DNA of 64,000 nt, from contig JACPKQ010000005.1 of NCBI GenBank assembly GCA_016186995.1, forward strand, positions 2,593-66,592. The letters run 5' to 3'. The stretch comes from Deltaproteobacteria bacterium (GTDB lineage: Bacteria; Bdellovibrionota; JACOXK01). Each line of letters begins with the position of its first letter. Position 1 is the first letter of the stretch. The translations under genes and the position numbers were made by a program. The notes under the pieces were generated by a model. It was not told the DNA's origin, did no database searches, and saw only the letters and a list, made by a program, of their open reading frames with translations. Below are positions 17,611 to 28,566 of the stretch, piece after piece.

Positions 17611-18906
17611 TCATGAGTTAAAAACCCTCTTAAAAGTTTGATCTACTTCCTGAACATAAAGTTTTGGGTTAAAAGAATCTTCAATCTCCTTAGTTTTTAA
17701 AATTTTATGAATATCTTTGTCTTTCAGCACAAGTTCCTTGAAGTTTTTTCCATTTTCATAGGCTGAAAGTGCGTTTCTTTGGATAAGTGTATAAGCCTTT
17801 TCTCGAACTGCACCTTTTTCAATAAGTTTTAATAAAAGTTTTTGAGAATAAATAAGCCCTTTTGTTTGATTTAAGTTTTCAAGCATTTTTTCTTCTTTCA
17901 CAACAAGGTTTTTAACCACGGATGAAATACGGACAAGCATAAAGTCAACAAGTGTAGTTGCATCTTCCGCAATCACTCTTTCCACAGAAGAATGACTTAT
18001 ATCTCTTTCATGCCATAAAGCCATGTTTTCTAAAGAAGCAGAAGCATAACTTCTGACAAGCCTTGCAAGCCCTGTTAAGTTTTCAGAAAGAATGGGATTT
18101 TTTTTATGAGGCATACTTGAAGAACCCTTTTGCCCACGACTGAAATTTTCTTCTACCTCCCCTACTTCTGTTCTTTGAAGATGTCGTACTTCAACAGCAA
18201 TTTTTTCAATAGTTCCAGCTAGAATGGCAAGGGTTGAAAAATATTCTGCATGACGATCTCTTTGAATGACTTGTGTTGTAATAGGATCTTCAACCAATCC
18301 TAGTTTTTTGCACACATGCTTTTCAATACGAGAAGATAAATGTGCGTAGGTTCCAACAGCTCCAGAAATTTTTCCAACTGAAATATTGTGAATAGCTCTT
18401 TCAAGCCGTTTTTTATTTCTTTTCATTTCTTCATACCAAAGAGCACATTTTAAACCAAAAGTAGTCGGTTCAGCATGAATTCCATGAGAACGCCCAATCA
18501 TAAGTGTGTTTTTGTATTGAAAGGCTTTGTCTTTAAGCACTTTAAGAAAATTTTCTACTTCTTTTAAAATATTTTTACCTGCATCACGTAATCTTAAAGA
18601 TAAAGAAGTGTCTAAAACATCTGAAGAAGTCACACCGTAATGAAAAAATCTTCCTTCTTCTCCAAGTCTTTTTGAAACAACCGTTACAAAAGAAGCAACG
18701 TCATGTTTTGATTTTTTTTCTTCTTCTAGAATTTCGCCAACTGTAAAGTCTGCTTTTTTTTGGATAGAAGAAAGCTCTTTGTGGGTGATGATGCCTTCCT
18801 GAAACAACGCTTCGCAGATGGCAAGTTCAACTTCAAGCCAAGATCGATATTTATTTTCTTCACTCCAGAAAAGAGACATCCCTTCTCTCTGGTAACGAGA
18901 AATCAT
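17611..18906 (-). CDS. purB: adenylosuccinate lyase
   Basis: TSSDVLDT, GRSHGIHAEPTTFG, GSSSMPHKKNP. Confidence 0.97.
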   Translation of the reverse strand: MISRYQREGMSLFWSEENKYRSWLEVELAICEALFQEGIITHKELSSIQKKADFTVGEILEEEKKSKHDVASFVTVVSKRLGEEGRFFHYGVTSSDVLDTSLSLRLRDAGKNILKEVENFLKVLKDKAFQYKNTLMIGRSHGIHAEPTTFGLKCALWYEEMKRNKKRLERAIHNISVGKISGAVGTYAHLSSRIEKHVCKKLGLVEDPITTQVIQRDRHAEYFSTLAILAGTIEKIAVEVRHLQRTEVGEVEENFSRGQKGSSSMPHKKNPILSENLTGLARLVRSYASASLENMALWHERDISHSSVERVIAEDATTLVDFMLVRISSVVKNLVVKEEKMLENLNQTKGLIYSQKLLLKLIEKGAVREKAYTLIQRNALSAYENGKNFKELVLKDKDIHKILKTKEIEDSFNPKLYVQEVDQTFKRVFNS

Positions 18907-18986
18907 AATATTCCTTTTAATTTAAGGGGTTAACGATGGTTTTCTTATACTTTAAAAAACGCCTTCTGGCAATAAGCTGATTTTAT

Positions 18987-20675
18987 CTATAAATGTTCTT
19001 TCCGGCTTTGATAGGCAAGATGAATGTGTGAAAGCTTTTTAAGAAGGTTAAGATAAGTGAGCTCTATTTTCTTCTTACTTTCAAGTTCAATATCAAAAAG
19101 ACATTGAATATCTAACAACTTTAACTCTCCTTTCACAAGACCTCTGTAAAGACGATCCCCAATTCGATATCCTAAAATACGAGCCACTTCCCCAATCAGA
19201 AAATCTGTTTTCAAAATCTTAGTAGCTATTGTTGTATGCTGTCCCGTTTTTAAAAATTCTTCTCCACTGTGTACAAACTCGACTGCTGCTTTATACAGTT
19301 CTAACTTTTGTTCTTCTTTAAGATTCTGTGTTTTACCTTCACAATTCTGTATAAATTCTTTTAAATCAATGATTTTATCTGACTTTCTTTTTGGATTTAC
19401 AATTTTTGATCCTAAAAAACCAAGTGCATGAAGAAAAATATGCGCATAAAAATTATGCTCTCCAGAAAAAACAAACTCTTTACTATGTGATTTTTGAAAA
19501 TAAATATATTGTGTTACTTGCTCAACAGCATCATTAATACTTAAGTCAGATAAATAAATAATATTCTCGCGTGGAATAAATAAACTTCTTCCTCTTTGAA
19601 GTGTTTTTTCAATCCATTTTTTTTCTTTTTTGGAAAGCCCTGAAAGAGAATTTAAAAAATCAAGATCTTCAAGTGTATAAACAGAAAAATCATCTTTATC
19701 TTTTAAATCAAAATCTAAAAACTGACTCACAATTTTAATATATTTAAAAATTTGGTCATTGTAATCAATGATATCTTTCTCAGTATCAAAATGTGCCCAA
19801 AAAGAACTCATTTGCGGCCTTAAAGCATCAGCCTTTTCTTGCCAATGAAGATAGGATTGAAGTTTCACCCAAGGGGTGGCATTAATAATGCAGTAAGCAT
19901 CATCTTTAAGTCTAACAACATCAACATCATGTTCTAAACCTCTTTTAGCTAGCTTCCAATAAATAGTTTCACTATTTTGATAAATAATAAGTCTTTTTCT
20001 GTTAAGTTTAAGCGTTTTAAGTTTCTCTTCAACTCTTTTGGGTAAGTGTTTTGAGGCAAGATGTAAATCTCCAAAAATAACATAAATAAGATGTTCTGGG
20101 TATTTCTGTGTTAAATTTATAATAATTTTAGATGCAAACTCATCTCTTCTCTCAAGCACTGTACGATCATCTGCCTCTAAGGTTCCATGAATAGGTGTGC
20201 TGTTTAAAGCTATAATTTTTAGTGAATGTAATTTTGCAAAATCAAAAAGAGGTTTAAAATTATTCCAGTCAAAGCCCCAATTTTTTTTATAATCTGTTTT
20301 TTGAAGAAGCTCTTTTTCAGTTATTTTATTATTTAAATAATCATTAATATATTGTTGATGAGAACTTAAGAAAAACTCAACGCCCAAAATGATATTTTTT
20401 TTCTTCTGAATAATCTCACGAAGAATTCTTAAAACGATTCTTTGAGATTGATCAAATGTATGATAATCACCACTATAAATAATATGTGATTTTAAAATAT
20501 TTTTGAGTAATTCTTTTTTGCCCGAAATAGCTTGGATCTGTTTAAACTCATTCTTATATTCATGATAATAAGATTTTAAAGATAAGGGAATAGTTTTAAG
20601 ATGCGTTAAAGCTTCTTCCTTAAGCCCTTCTAATATTTTCTTCTGAATTTTAAGGAGTTTAATCCTTTGATTCAT
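18987..20675 (-). CDS. ChaN-family protein with C-terminal extension
   Basis: GDYHT, LGVEFF, WGFDW, IIALN, GDLHLA pattern. Confidence 0.7.
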   Translation of the reverse strand: MNQRIKLLKIQKKILEGLKEEALTHLKTIPLSLKSYYHEYKNEFKQIQAISGKKELLKNILKSHIIYSGDYHTFDQSQRIVLRILREIIQKKKNIILGVEFFLSSHQQYINDYLNNKITEKELLQKTDYKKNWGFDWNNFKPLFDFAKLHSLKIIALNSTPIHGTLEADDRTVLERRDEFASKIIINLTQKYPEHLIYVIFGDLHLASKHLPKRVEEKLKTLKLNRKRLIIYQNSETIYWKLAKRGLEHDVDVVRLKDDAYCIINATPWVKLQSYLHWQEKADALRPQMSSFWAHFDTEKDIIDYNDQIFKYIKIVSQFLDFDLKDKDDFSVYTLEDLDFLNSLSGLSKKEKKWIEKTLQRGRSLFIPRENIIYLSDLSINDAVEQVTQYIYFQKSHSKEFVFSGEHNFYAHIFLHALGFLGSKIVNPKRKSDKIIDLKEFIQNCEGKTQNLKEEQKLELYKAAVEFVHSGEEFLKTGQHTTIATKILKTDFLIGEVARILGYRIGDRLYRGLVKGELKLLDIQCLFDIELESKKKIELTYLNLLKKLSHIHLAYQSRKEHL

Positions 20676-20755
20676 AAAACACCTTTTTCTGGCTTATCGA
20701 CAGTTCAAGGATACAGCTTGAAGTTTTTCAAACTATTAGATACTTTGTTCTCGTC

Positions 20756-20974
20756 ATGGAAAAAGAAGGTCTCTCAGACAAAGCAAAAACACTGCTTGCT
20801 CATATCGTTTCAAGTGGCGAGAAATGGCTCATTGAAGAAGTGGAAAGAATGTTTAAAGAAGCCTCTGATGAAGAAGATATGCTTGAAGAACTTGATCTTT
20901 ACTTAACTCGTCTTGATATGAAAATTAAGACTTTTAAGGAAGAGCTCGAAAAAACACACGAAGAACTTTCTTAA
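20756..20974 (+). CDS. small acidic helical hypothetical protein
   Basis: 72-aa ORF with protein-like composition in an otherwise empty interval. Confidence 0.6.
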   Translation: MEKEGLSDKAKTLLAHIVSSGEKWLIEEVERMFKEASDEEDMLEELDLYLTRLDMKIKTFKEELEKTHEELS

Positions 20975-21279
20975 AACTTTCTATTTTTTTTGGCCGGATT
21001 TTTTACCTTTATACGCTAAAAATATTTGCACATTTCCCTCTTTCTGTTTTACTACTCCCCTTACAAATGTGCAAAATGAAAGCCAAAATCAGGATTTTAA
21101 AATTGACAAGTATTTTCAATAAGTTGGAAGTTTTTGTTGAAAAAACATGAGTTATTTTAGGTGTTTAGAAAACACCCAATCCAAGACCCAAAAATAAAAT
21201 ACTAAATAATATTAATAGGTTAAGAATATGTCGAAAAAATAGTGATGTTTTGAAGGTTTTACAGTCCTGGGATCTCGTA

Positions 21280-21666
21280 TTAATAAGGCCAGTGTTCTGG
21301 GCCTTGTTTATCTTCAAAGGGTGAAGAGGAGGTTTCGCGCGTGTTTTCACGATAATCATCACACTTTTTTCTATTCACTTCATATTCTTCAAGAGCCTGT
21401 TGCTTACAAAATTGCTCATCTAGCCGAGTTTTACACTCTTCAATCTTACGATCTCGAATTGTTTGAAATGATTTAATACAAGATGGGTAGTCCTGAAAAC
21501 CTCTGGCTGAGGTGTCTCGCTCATCTGAGGCAAGGGGTTCTAAAACAGCGCTTGTAACCTCTTCACCCGCGTCAATGAAAATATTTTTAGGTTCTTCTGC
21601 CAAAGATAGGGTCATACTTAAAAAGCCTAAAATAAGGCCTGATATTAAGATTTTAAGAGAACTCAC
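21280..21666 (-). CDS. small secreted hypothetical protein with three Cys
   Basis: Signal-like N-terminus; GGGGGA SD-like upstream. Confidence 0.6.
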   Translation of the reverse strand: MSSLKILISGLILGFLSMTLSLAEEPKNIFIDAGEEVTSAVLEPLASDERDTSARGFQDYPSCIKSFQTIRDRKIEECKTRLDEQFCKQQALEEYEVNRKKCDDYRENTRETSSSPFEDKQGPEHWPY

Positions 21667-21741
21667 ATATCCCCCCTTGGATCCTTCAGTGTTCAGAATG
21701 ATAAATATGAATTTAAGGATGAATACCTGACTCTTATTATA

Positions 21742-22872
21742 TCAATTTGAGGTCGTGAGCTCAAGTACTTCTTCTGTATGCTCCCCAAGCCCTGGTACAT
21801 CAAAGGCGTTTTCCGAAAGATGGTGAGAGAAAACAGTCTTTAAATAGTAGAATTTGGCCTTTTTATCATAAATAAAGGCTTCAGTTTGATAGTTTTTAAA
21901 GGCCTCTCCCTTATGATAAATGGGAGTTAAGCACACATCAGATTTTTTAAAATAACTTTCCCACTCTTCCCATGTTCTTTCTTTAAAAAGTGTACTCAAA
22001 ATTTTTTCATACTTTTCCCAATCTTCTTGTAAAGTGTGATCCAGTCCAAGATATTCTGGAAAAGAATCTTTGAGTTGAGAGAGCCCTACCTCTTCTAAAA
22101 AATGATTCATAAACTTTTTTTCAACAGGGCAAAAACCAATAAATCTTCCATCTTTTGTTTGATAAATCTTATAATTAGGTACGCCACCCCTTACATTTTG
22201 ATCTTCTTTTAAAAAAGAGGTTTGTGATGCCTGAAGATTGGCAAAAGGAAGCATCATTAAAGAAAGAGCCCCATGAAAAATTGAAATATCTAAAAAACTT
22301 CCCTCCCCACTTTGATTTTTTTTAAGAAGTGCACTTAAAATTGAAAGCGCTGCCATGAGACTTCCCCCACAGATATCTCCTAATTGAACAAGAGGAATTT
22401 GAGGAACCGCATCTTCCACTGGATGAATGAAACCAGAAAGACAAAGATAATTTAAATCATGAGAGGCTAAATTTTTATTTTGACTTTTCTGTCCATAACC
22501 TGAAAGGGAACAATAAATAAGATCTTTTTTTATTTTCTTTAAACTTTCATAATCAAGCCCATATTTTTTAAGCACACCTGGTCTAAAGCTTTCAATAAAA
22601 ACATCACTTATTTCAATAAGCTTTAATAGTTTTTTTCGCTCAATTTCATTTTTAATATTAAGAGTTACACTTTTTTTACCACGGTTAACCATAGCAAAAG
22701 GAGCACTCACTCCGCTTTCTAGAAAAGGAGGCATGTTGCGCATGTAATCCCCCCTCACAGGATCTTCTATCTTAATAATCTCTGCACCCAAATCTTTTAA
22801 AAGCAATGAGCAATAGGCCCCTGGTAAAAGGCGTGAGGTATCAAGAACTCTAATATTTTCAAGGGTTTTCAT
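21742..22872 (-). CDS. CaiB/BaiF family III CoA-transferase
   Basis: RVLDTSRLLPG, NRGKKSV, ESFRPGV, HDLNY. Confidence 0.93.
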   Translation of the reverse strand: MKTLENIRVLDTSRLLPGAYCSLLLKDLGAEIIKIEDPVRGDYMRNMPPFLESGVSAPFAMVNRGKKSVTLNIKNEIERKKLLKLIEISDVFIESFRPGVLKKYGLDYESLKKIKKDLIYCSLSGYGQKSQNKNLASHDLNYLCLSGFIHPVEDAVPQIPLVQLGDICGGSLMAALSILSALLKKNQSGEGSFLDISIFHGALSLMMLPFANLQASQTSFLKEDQNVRGGVPNYKIYQTKDGRFIGFCPVEKKFMNHFLEEVGLSQLKDSFPEYLGLDHTLQEDWEKYEKILSTLFKERTWEEWESYFKKSDVCLTPIYHKGEAFKNYQTEAFIYDKKAKFYYLKTVFSHHLSENAFDVPGLGEHTEEVLELTTSN

Positions 22873-22957
22873 AGAAGCCTCAAAATATCAAAAGAACCTG
22901 TTCTGTAAAGTAAAAGATTTTAAAGAAGTGTCCGATAAGAAGTGTGAGGGATAAGTT

Positions 22958-25321
22958 ATGCCACAAAGTAAGAAGCTTCCAGTTCTTCCAGTGATGAGTA
23001 CAGTTGTTTTTCCCTATGCTATTATTCAACTTCTCATTCGACTTGATAAAAACAAGAAAATTTTCAAAGACTGTCAGGAAGGTGATCTTCTCTGCGTTGT
23101 AGCACCTCAAGATACCAATAAAGAAGATTTACAAGTCGAAGATCTGCACTCGTTTGGAGTCAAGGCTAAAATTTTAGATATTGTAGAGGCCGGGCATGAT
23201 TCTTTACAAGTTGTCATTCAAGGAATGGAACGTGTTCGTATTAAAAAATTTGTGCAGGAAACTCCCTACTTTATTGCTGAAGTTGAAGCGCTTGAATTAC
23301 CTCAATTTGAATTTGATACTGAAACTCAATCATTACAAAATGAACTTCTTACTACTTTTAATCGTTTTCTTTTTGCCAATCCAAAATACAGTGCTGAAAT
23401 GGGTCGCATTGTTGAAACAAAAATAGATGAAGGCCCAGGTGTCATCTGTGATCTTATCAGTTCTTATATTAATTTTAATCTTCAGGATAAACAAATAGTT
23501 CTTGAAAGTTTAGATATCAAAAAAAGAATCAAAAAAGTTATTGATCTTCTTAACAAAGAGCTCGAGTTCTCTAAACTTGAAGAAAATATCCAAGATAAAG
23601 CCCGCGAAGACATTGCTAAATCTCAAAAAGAATACTTTTTAAGAAAACAAATGGACCAAATTAAAAAAGAGCTTGGGGAAGTGGAATCAGGAAGCCCAGA
23701 TATTATGGAGCTTAAAGAAAAAGCGAGAAAAAAGAACTTCCCTCAAGAAATAAAACAAGTAGTTGATAAAGAAATAGAACGACTCCAAGACATTCACCCT
23801 TCAGCAGCTGATTATAATATTATTCGTAACTATCTTGATTGGTTCATCACCCTTCCTTGGAGTGAAAGAACATCTGATAACCTTAACATTAAAGAAGTTA
23901 AAAAAATTCTTGATGAAGATCACTATGGTCTTGAAGAAGTTAAGGAAAGAATTTTAGAATATCTTGCAGTGCTTAAACTTAAAAAAGATCTTAAAGGCCC
24001 TATCCTCTGTTTAGCAGGCCCTCCAGGGGTAGGAAAAACATCTTTAGGAAAATCGATTGCACGCGCCATGGGAAGAAGTTTTGTGAGAATTTCTTTAGGG
24101 GGTGTTCGAGATGAAGCAGAAATCAGAGGACATAGAAGAACCTATGTAGGAGCGCTGCCTGGAAGAATTATACATGGAATGAAAAAAGCAGCAACTATCA
24201 ATCCTCTTTTTATGATCGATGAAATCGATAAAATCAGCTCTGAACGAGGGGACCCGGCTTCAGCACTTTTAGAGGTTCTTGATCCAGAACAAAATAACAC
24301 ATTCCGAGATAATTTTCTTGAAGTGCCTTATAATCTTCAACAAGTGATGTTCGTCTGTACTGCAAATTATCTTGAAAACGTACCAGCACCCCTTCGAGAT
24401 AGAATGGAAATTATTCACCTTCCTGGCTACACCCAAGAAGAAAAGTTGTTTATTGCTAAAGACCACCTCATTCCAAATCAAATTGAAGCCCATGGACTTA
24501 AAAATATTCACATTCAATTTCAAAAATCAGGAATACAAGAAGTGATCATGCACTACACAAGAGAAGCAGGAGTTCGAAATCTCAACCGAGAAATTGCCAA
24601 TATTTGTAGAAAAGTTGCTAAAAAAATTGCGCAAGCAACGAAAGAAACTCATAAATATAATGTCACAAAAACTAAGGTTTCAAAATACCTTGGCCCTAAA
24701 AAATACATACCTGAAGAACCTCTTATTAGAAAAGATGAGTGCGGAGTTGCTATTGGTCTTGCCTGGACTCCAGTGGGGGGAGAGCTTCTGACTATTGAAG
24801 CAACTCATGTTTATTACCCAAGAAAAGAAGCCTTTAAAATTACAGGTCTTCTAGGAGATGTCATGCAAGAGTCTGTTCAAGCAGCCATTACATTTGTAAG
24901 ATCAAAAGCAGCTGAACTGGGTATTGATCGAAGTGTCTTTGTAGATAGTCTTATTCATATTCACTTTCCAGCAGGCGCTATTCCTAAAGATGGTCCTTCA
25001 GCAGGGATTACCGTTGCAACAGCTGTTGCCTCACTTTTAAGTAATCGCCCTGTCAAGGAAAGCATTGCCATGACAGGTGAAATCTCTTTAAGAGGACATA
25101 TCTTGCCTGTAGGTGGTATTAAAGAAAAAGTTCTTGCTGCTTACAGAGCAGGTATTAAAACTGTGTACCTTCCTAAGAAAAACGAAGTGGATCTTAAAGG
25201 ACTTCCTAAAGAAGTAAGAAAAAATATGGAGTTCCACTGTGTTGATAATGCCATGGATGTTTTAAAAGAAATACTTACAGAACCCCTACCTCACAGACAA
25301 AAACAAACTGCTTTAGCTTAA
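22958..25321 (+). CDS. lon: ATP-dependent protease La
   Basis: [33 protein letters not shown]. Confidence 0.98.
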   Translation: MPQSKKLPVLPVMSTVVFPYAIIQLLIRLDKNKKIFKDCQEGDLLCVVAPQDTNKEDLQVEDLHSFGVKAKILDIVEAGHDSLQVVIQGMERVRIKKFVQETPYFIAEVEALELPQFEFDTETQSLQNELLTTFNRFLFANPKYSAEMGRIVETKIDEGPGVICDLISSYINFNLQDKQIVLESLDIKKRIKKVIDLLNKELEFSKLEENIQDKAREDIAKSQKEYFLRKQMDQIKKELGEVESGSPDIMELKEKARKKNFPQEIKQVVDKEIERLQDIHPSAADYNIIRNYLDWFITLPWSERTSDNLNIKEVKKILDEDHYGLEEVKERILEYLAVLKLKKDLKGPILCLAGPPGVGKTSLGKSIARAMGRSFVRISLGGVRDEAEIRGHRRTYVGALPGRIIHGMKKAATINPLFMIDEIDKISSERGDPASALLEVLDPEQNNTFRDNFLEVPYNLQQVMFVCTANYLENVPAPLRDRMEIIHLPGYTQEEKLFIAKDHLIPNQIEAHGLKNIHIQFQKSGIQEVIMHYTREAGVRNLNREIANICRKVAKKIAQATKETHKYNVTKTKVSKYLGPKKYIPEEPLIRKDECGVAIGLAWTPVGGELLTIEATHVYYPRKEAFKITGLLGDVMQESVQAAITFVRSKAAELGIDRSVFVDSLIHIHFPAGAIPKDGPSAGITVATAVASLLSNRPVKESIAMTGEISLRGHILPVGGIKEKVLAAYRAGIKTVYLPKKNEVDLKGLPKEVRKNMEFHCVDNAMDVLKEILTEPLPHRQKQTALA

Positions 25322-25334
25322 TACCAAGAAAATC

Positions 25335-25607
25335 TTAATCGTTAAATTCGTAAATGATTTCATCATCTCGAACAAGCCCCAAAACTTCTCGTGCTTTTTT
25401 CTCAACATAAAAAGAACCATTTTCAACAAAATCAATTTCTTTTTGTAATTCTAAATTTTTATGCTTTGTACTTTCAATATCTAAAAGAACCTCTTGATAC
25501 TCTTTTACCAATTTTAAAGAAGTGAGAAGCCCTTTACTTCCAAATAAGGAAAAGTAAAGAACAAGAATTAAAAAACATCCAACTATAAAAAGAAGTTTTC
25601 TGTTCAT
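25335..25607 (-). CDS. ftsB: septum formation initiator (FtsB/DivIC family)
   Basis: TM, FGSKG, coiled coil, EKKAREVLGLVRDDE. Confidence 0.85.
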   Translation of the reverse strand: MNRKLLFIVGCFLILVLYFSLFGSKGLLTSLKLVKEYQEVLLDIESTKHKNLELQKEIDFVENGSFYVEKKAREVLGLVRDDEIIYEFND

Positions 25608-25610
25608 TCA

Positions 25611-26015
25611 TTATTTAGGTTTTGTAGCAATAGCAAGTTGTGTCAGCCCCGAAGCCCTTGCTGCATCCATCACCTCAACAACCCTGCCGTGTGAAACAGT
25701 TGTATCTGCTTTAATGATCACAAGCGTATCTTTGTGCGTTACAGCCGTTTGATTTAATTTTTGCTTTAATTCTAAAAAACTCACCTTCACTTGATTAAAA
25801 ATAATGTCATTATTTGTTTTTAAAACAATGGTCACATCTTCTTTTTTGCGAACAATATCTTGAGCAGTTGCTTCAGGCAAATCAACCTTAATACCAGGAG
25901 CTGATACAAAGGTTGTTGAAACCATAAAAAAGATAAGAAGAAGAAAAACAACATCAATCAAAGGGGTGATTTCAATAAGAACAGGTTCTTTAACTCTGCC
26001 TTTTTTAAAATTCAT
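25611..26015 (-). CDS. exbD: biopolymer transporter ExbD/TolR
   Basis: ITPLIDVVFLLLIFFMV, IKADTTVSHG. Confidence 0.93.
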   Translation of the reverse strand: MNFKKGRVKEPVLIEITPLIDVVFLLLIFFMVSTTFVSAPGIKVDLPEATAQDIVRKKEDVTIVLKTNNDIIFNQVKVSFLELKQKLNQTAVTHKDTLVIIKADTTVSHGRVVEVMDAARASGLTQLAIATKPK

Positions 26016-26617
26016 TACTTCTCCCCTAAAAGATCAGTGATTTCACGACTCCGCTCCTCCATCACATGTACCAACCCTTCTATTCTTCCTAAGAAATATC
26101 GATAAGCAACAAGAGTTGGAATAGCCACAGAAAGCCCTGCTGCAGTTGTAATCAGAGCTTCAGAAATACCTCCTGCTAATGAGTTTGCATTACCTACGCC
26201 TTGAAAAGCAATGTCATTAAAAACTTTAATCATTCCAAAAACAGTTCCTAATAAACCTAAAAGTGGGGATACGCTTGCAACGGTTCCTAAAAGTCCACAT
26301 CCTTTTTCAAGTTGAGCGATCTCTCTTTTGCCTACCTCTTCAATTTTTTCTTTAATAAGATCTCTTCCCTGCCCAAAGCTTTGAATGGCCTTTAAAAGAA
26401 TGCTCGACATAGGCGAATTATTATTTTTACAAAGCACCTCAGCTTCAGAAATCTTTCGTTTTTGGACTAAATCTTGAACTTCATCAAGAAAATCTTGCGG
26501 CATAATCTTAGAAGAGCGAATTTTAATAAACCGTTCTATGATAATGGCTAAAGCTATAACAGAACACAAAAGAATGGGGCCCATAAGAACTCCACCTTTC
26601 ATAATAAAAGTAATCAT
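26015..26617 (-). CDS. exbB: MotA/TolQ/ExbB proton channel
   Basis: PLLGLLGTVFGMI, GISEALITTAAGL. Confidence 0.93.
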   Translation of the reverse strand: MITFIMKGGVLMGPILLCSVIALAIIIERFIKIRSSKIMPQDFLDEVQDLVQKRKISEAEVLCKNNNSPMSSILLKAIQSFGQGRDLIKEKIEEVGKREIAQLEKGCGLLGTVASVSPLLGLLGTVFGMIKVFNDIAFQGVGNANSLAGGISEALITTAAGLSVAIPTLVAYRYFLGRIEGLVHVMEERSREITDLLGEK

Positions 26618-26634
26618 TGAAACCTCCCATCATT

Positions 26635-26661
26635 GTCATTCCTCAAGAAAGCAGGAATCTA
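26635..26661 (+). repeat. GTCAT palindrome (intergenic)
   Basis: GTCATTCCT-CAAGAAAGC-AGGAATCTA. Confidence 0.8.
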
Positions 26662-26756
26662 GACCACAACGTCTACCTAGAATAACTCTAACATAGGGTA
26701 AGAAAGTGTGGCAAGGTACAGAAATTCAGAACACAAGGTTGTTAGAAGTCTCTTTA

Positions 26757-28505
26757 TTAGCGAGATACCTGGGGAGGCAAAAAACGTCCTAACGATCTTG
26801 GCTTTAATCCCCTTCTTGTTTCTTCTTTTTCAACCATTTTATTTAATTCTTGAATTTTATCTTGTAACCAAGGGGCAACATCAAAAGGTTTTCCGGGGTG
26901 TCTCAGTTCAAAATCAACTGGCCGCTGATAGGCTTCTTGAGTCATCATTTTTTTTGCGGCTCTTTCAAGTTGTCTTCTCAGTCTTTCTGCAGAAGCCCTC
27001 TGAGAAGCATGGGTAGAACGCACATCAAAACCTAAATAGGTTTTAGCTTCGACTAAAACATCGCGACCTTCTTCATAAAAATTTCTCACAAGAAAATCTG
27101 CATACCCTCCCAAAACCTCGGGCTCTGCCATTACTTTTTTTCCTGGAAATTTTGTGACAAGATCTCTTGCCACAAAAGTGTTATAAATATATCCTCGTGC
27201 TATAGAGGCTCGGGGTGGATCAGTGGGGCTAATAGGTGCTTTGAAGCGATCTGAAAAAGCATCGGCCATTTTTCTAAATAAATCATCATCTGCATTTTTG
27301 ACTTCAGAAAATGCTTGAAAAACATCTTGACGACTCCACAATCCTCCTCCAATTCTCCAGTTTTCTTCCGACTCACTTAAAAACTTAGCTAATTGTATTC
27401 TGTGTGGATCTTCCATTAAAGATCGGAGCCCCCCCACTTCAGAATGTGACACAACTCCTTTTCGAGTTTGTCTATATTGACTGACTACTTCTTCTTGAAT
27501 TTCTTTAAGCCTTTTTTGAAAGGAGAGCCACACTTCAGATTGGACAGCCTGTCTTCTGCCCCCTAAAAAAGGAAGAAGTTCGTCATAAAAATCTAAAACT
27601 TCTTTAAAGTTTTCTCTATAAAGTTGGGGCCCTGTATTATTCTGTATTTTTCCCCATAAAACTCTTTTTTGAGGTTGGTTACTTGCTACAAAATCTAAAA
27701 CCTTCTGGGCATAATACTCTTGCAGCATGTGATGCTCTGGAGTGTCTACAATACCTTTACTTAAATTTCCTAATTCACGTTGAAGTTCTTGAGGGTTGCG
27801 AGCTTCACCAAAAGCGATTTTTGCTTTTCTAAAAAGATCTCTATTACTTGTTAAACCCAACTCATAGGTAGCACTTTGAAAAGAAGGAAGATCATCCATC
27901 CACTGAAAAAGTGTGAGCCGATCAGAAGGTGACATATCACGAGGATGATGATGCGCAAGATACCCCAAAATTCTATTTCTCTGAGTACCAAAACGCTCAA
28001 GTCGTGAAGGAGTGCCACGAGCTGAAAATTCATGAAGTCGATCCCCAAGATCTAGCAAAAAATTGCCACAAAGATCCTCCCCTAAATGATCACACCAATC
28101 GGCACCAATCAGGGCAGCACAATCTGTTATGGGTAGAGTTGAATCTTCAAACGAAGGACGACTTAAAAGTAAAACAAAAAAGCTTATCTTTAACATTCTT
28201 TTTATTGATAACAGACTTTTGGATGGAAGATCGTCTAAAAAACGAGAAAAGTTTTGCAAATCTTGTGGAGATTCTGCTTCGGTGAGTAGCCTTCGAAAAG
28301 CCCTTGGGTTTTTACCCCTTATTTTTCCTAAAAATTTTTGGGTGAACTCTGGGCCGTAAGTTTGTGAAGTTTTACGAAGTTGTGCCACACCCTGTGATGA
28401 TAGTCCTAAAGGTTTTGAGTAAAAACAAGGCATATTTACAGCAAAAACTCTCGCACTCGCACATAAAATAATCAAAAGAGAAAGAGTGATAATAAAGCTT
28501 TTCAT
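26757..28505 (-). CDS. secreted hypothetical protein with C-terminal PD-(D/E)xK nuclease-like motif
   Basis: Signal peptide; YADFLV...VLVEAK...QLER near the C-terminus. Confidence 0.7.
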   Translation of the reverse strand: MKSFIITLSLLIILCASARVFAVNMPCFYSKPLGLSSQGVAQLRKTSQTYGPEFTQKFLGKIRGKNPRAFRRLLTEAESPQDLQNFSRFLDDLPSKSLLSIKRMLKISFFVLLLSRPSFEDSTLPITDCAALIGADWCDHLGEDLCGNFLLDLGDRLHEFSARGTPSRLERFGTQRNRILGYLAHHHPRDMSPSDRLTLFQWMDDLPSFQSATYELGLTSNRDLFRKAKIAFGEARNPQELQRELGNLSKGIVDTPEHHMLQEYYAQKVLDFVASNQPQKRVLWGKIQNNTGPQLYRENFKEVLDFYDELLPFLGGRRQAVQSEVWLSFQKRLKEIQEEVVSQYRQTRKGVVSHSEVGGLRSLMEDPHRIQLAKFLSESEENWRIGGGLWSRQDVFQAFSEVKNADDDLFRKMADAFSDRFKAPISPTDPPRASIARGYIYNTFVARDLVTKFPGKKVMAEPEVLGGYADFLVRNFYEEGRDVLVEAKTYLGFDVRSTHASQRASAERLRRQLERAAKKMMTQEAYQRPVDFELRHPGKPFDVAPWLQDKIQELNKMVEKEETRRGLKPRSLGRFLPPQVSR

Positions 28506-28566
28506 GTACGTTTTATCGGTCTTTTCTTGATTTAACTAAATTCAAGGCCTGGCCGATAAGAAAGAT

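Noticed and set aside
21165-21362. 65-aa minus-strand ORF with hydrophobic tail
   Set aside because: Overlaps the 128-aa gene by about 80 nt; hydrophobicity is explained by T-rich sequence
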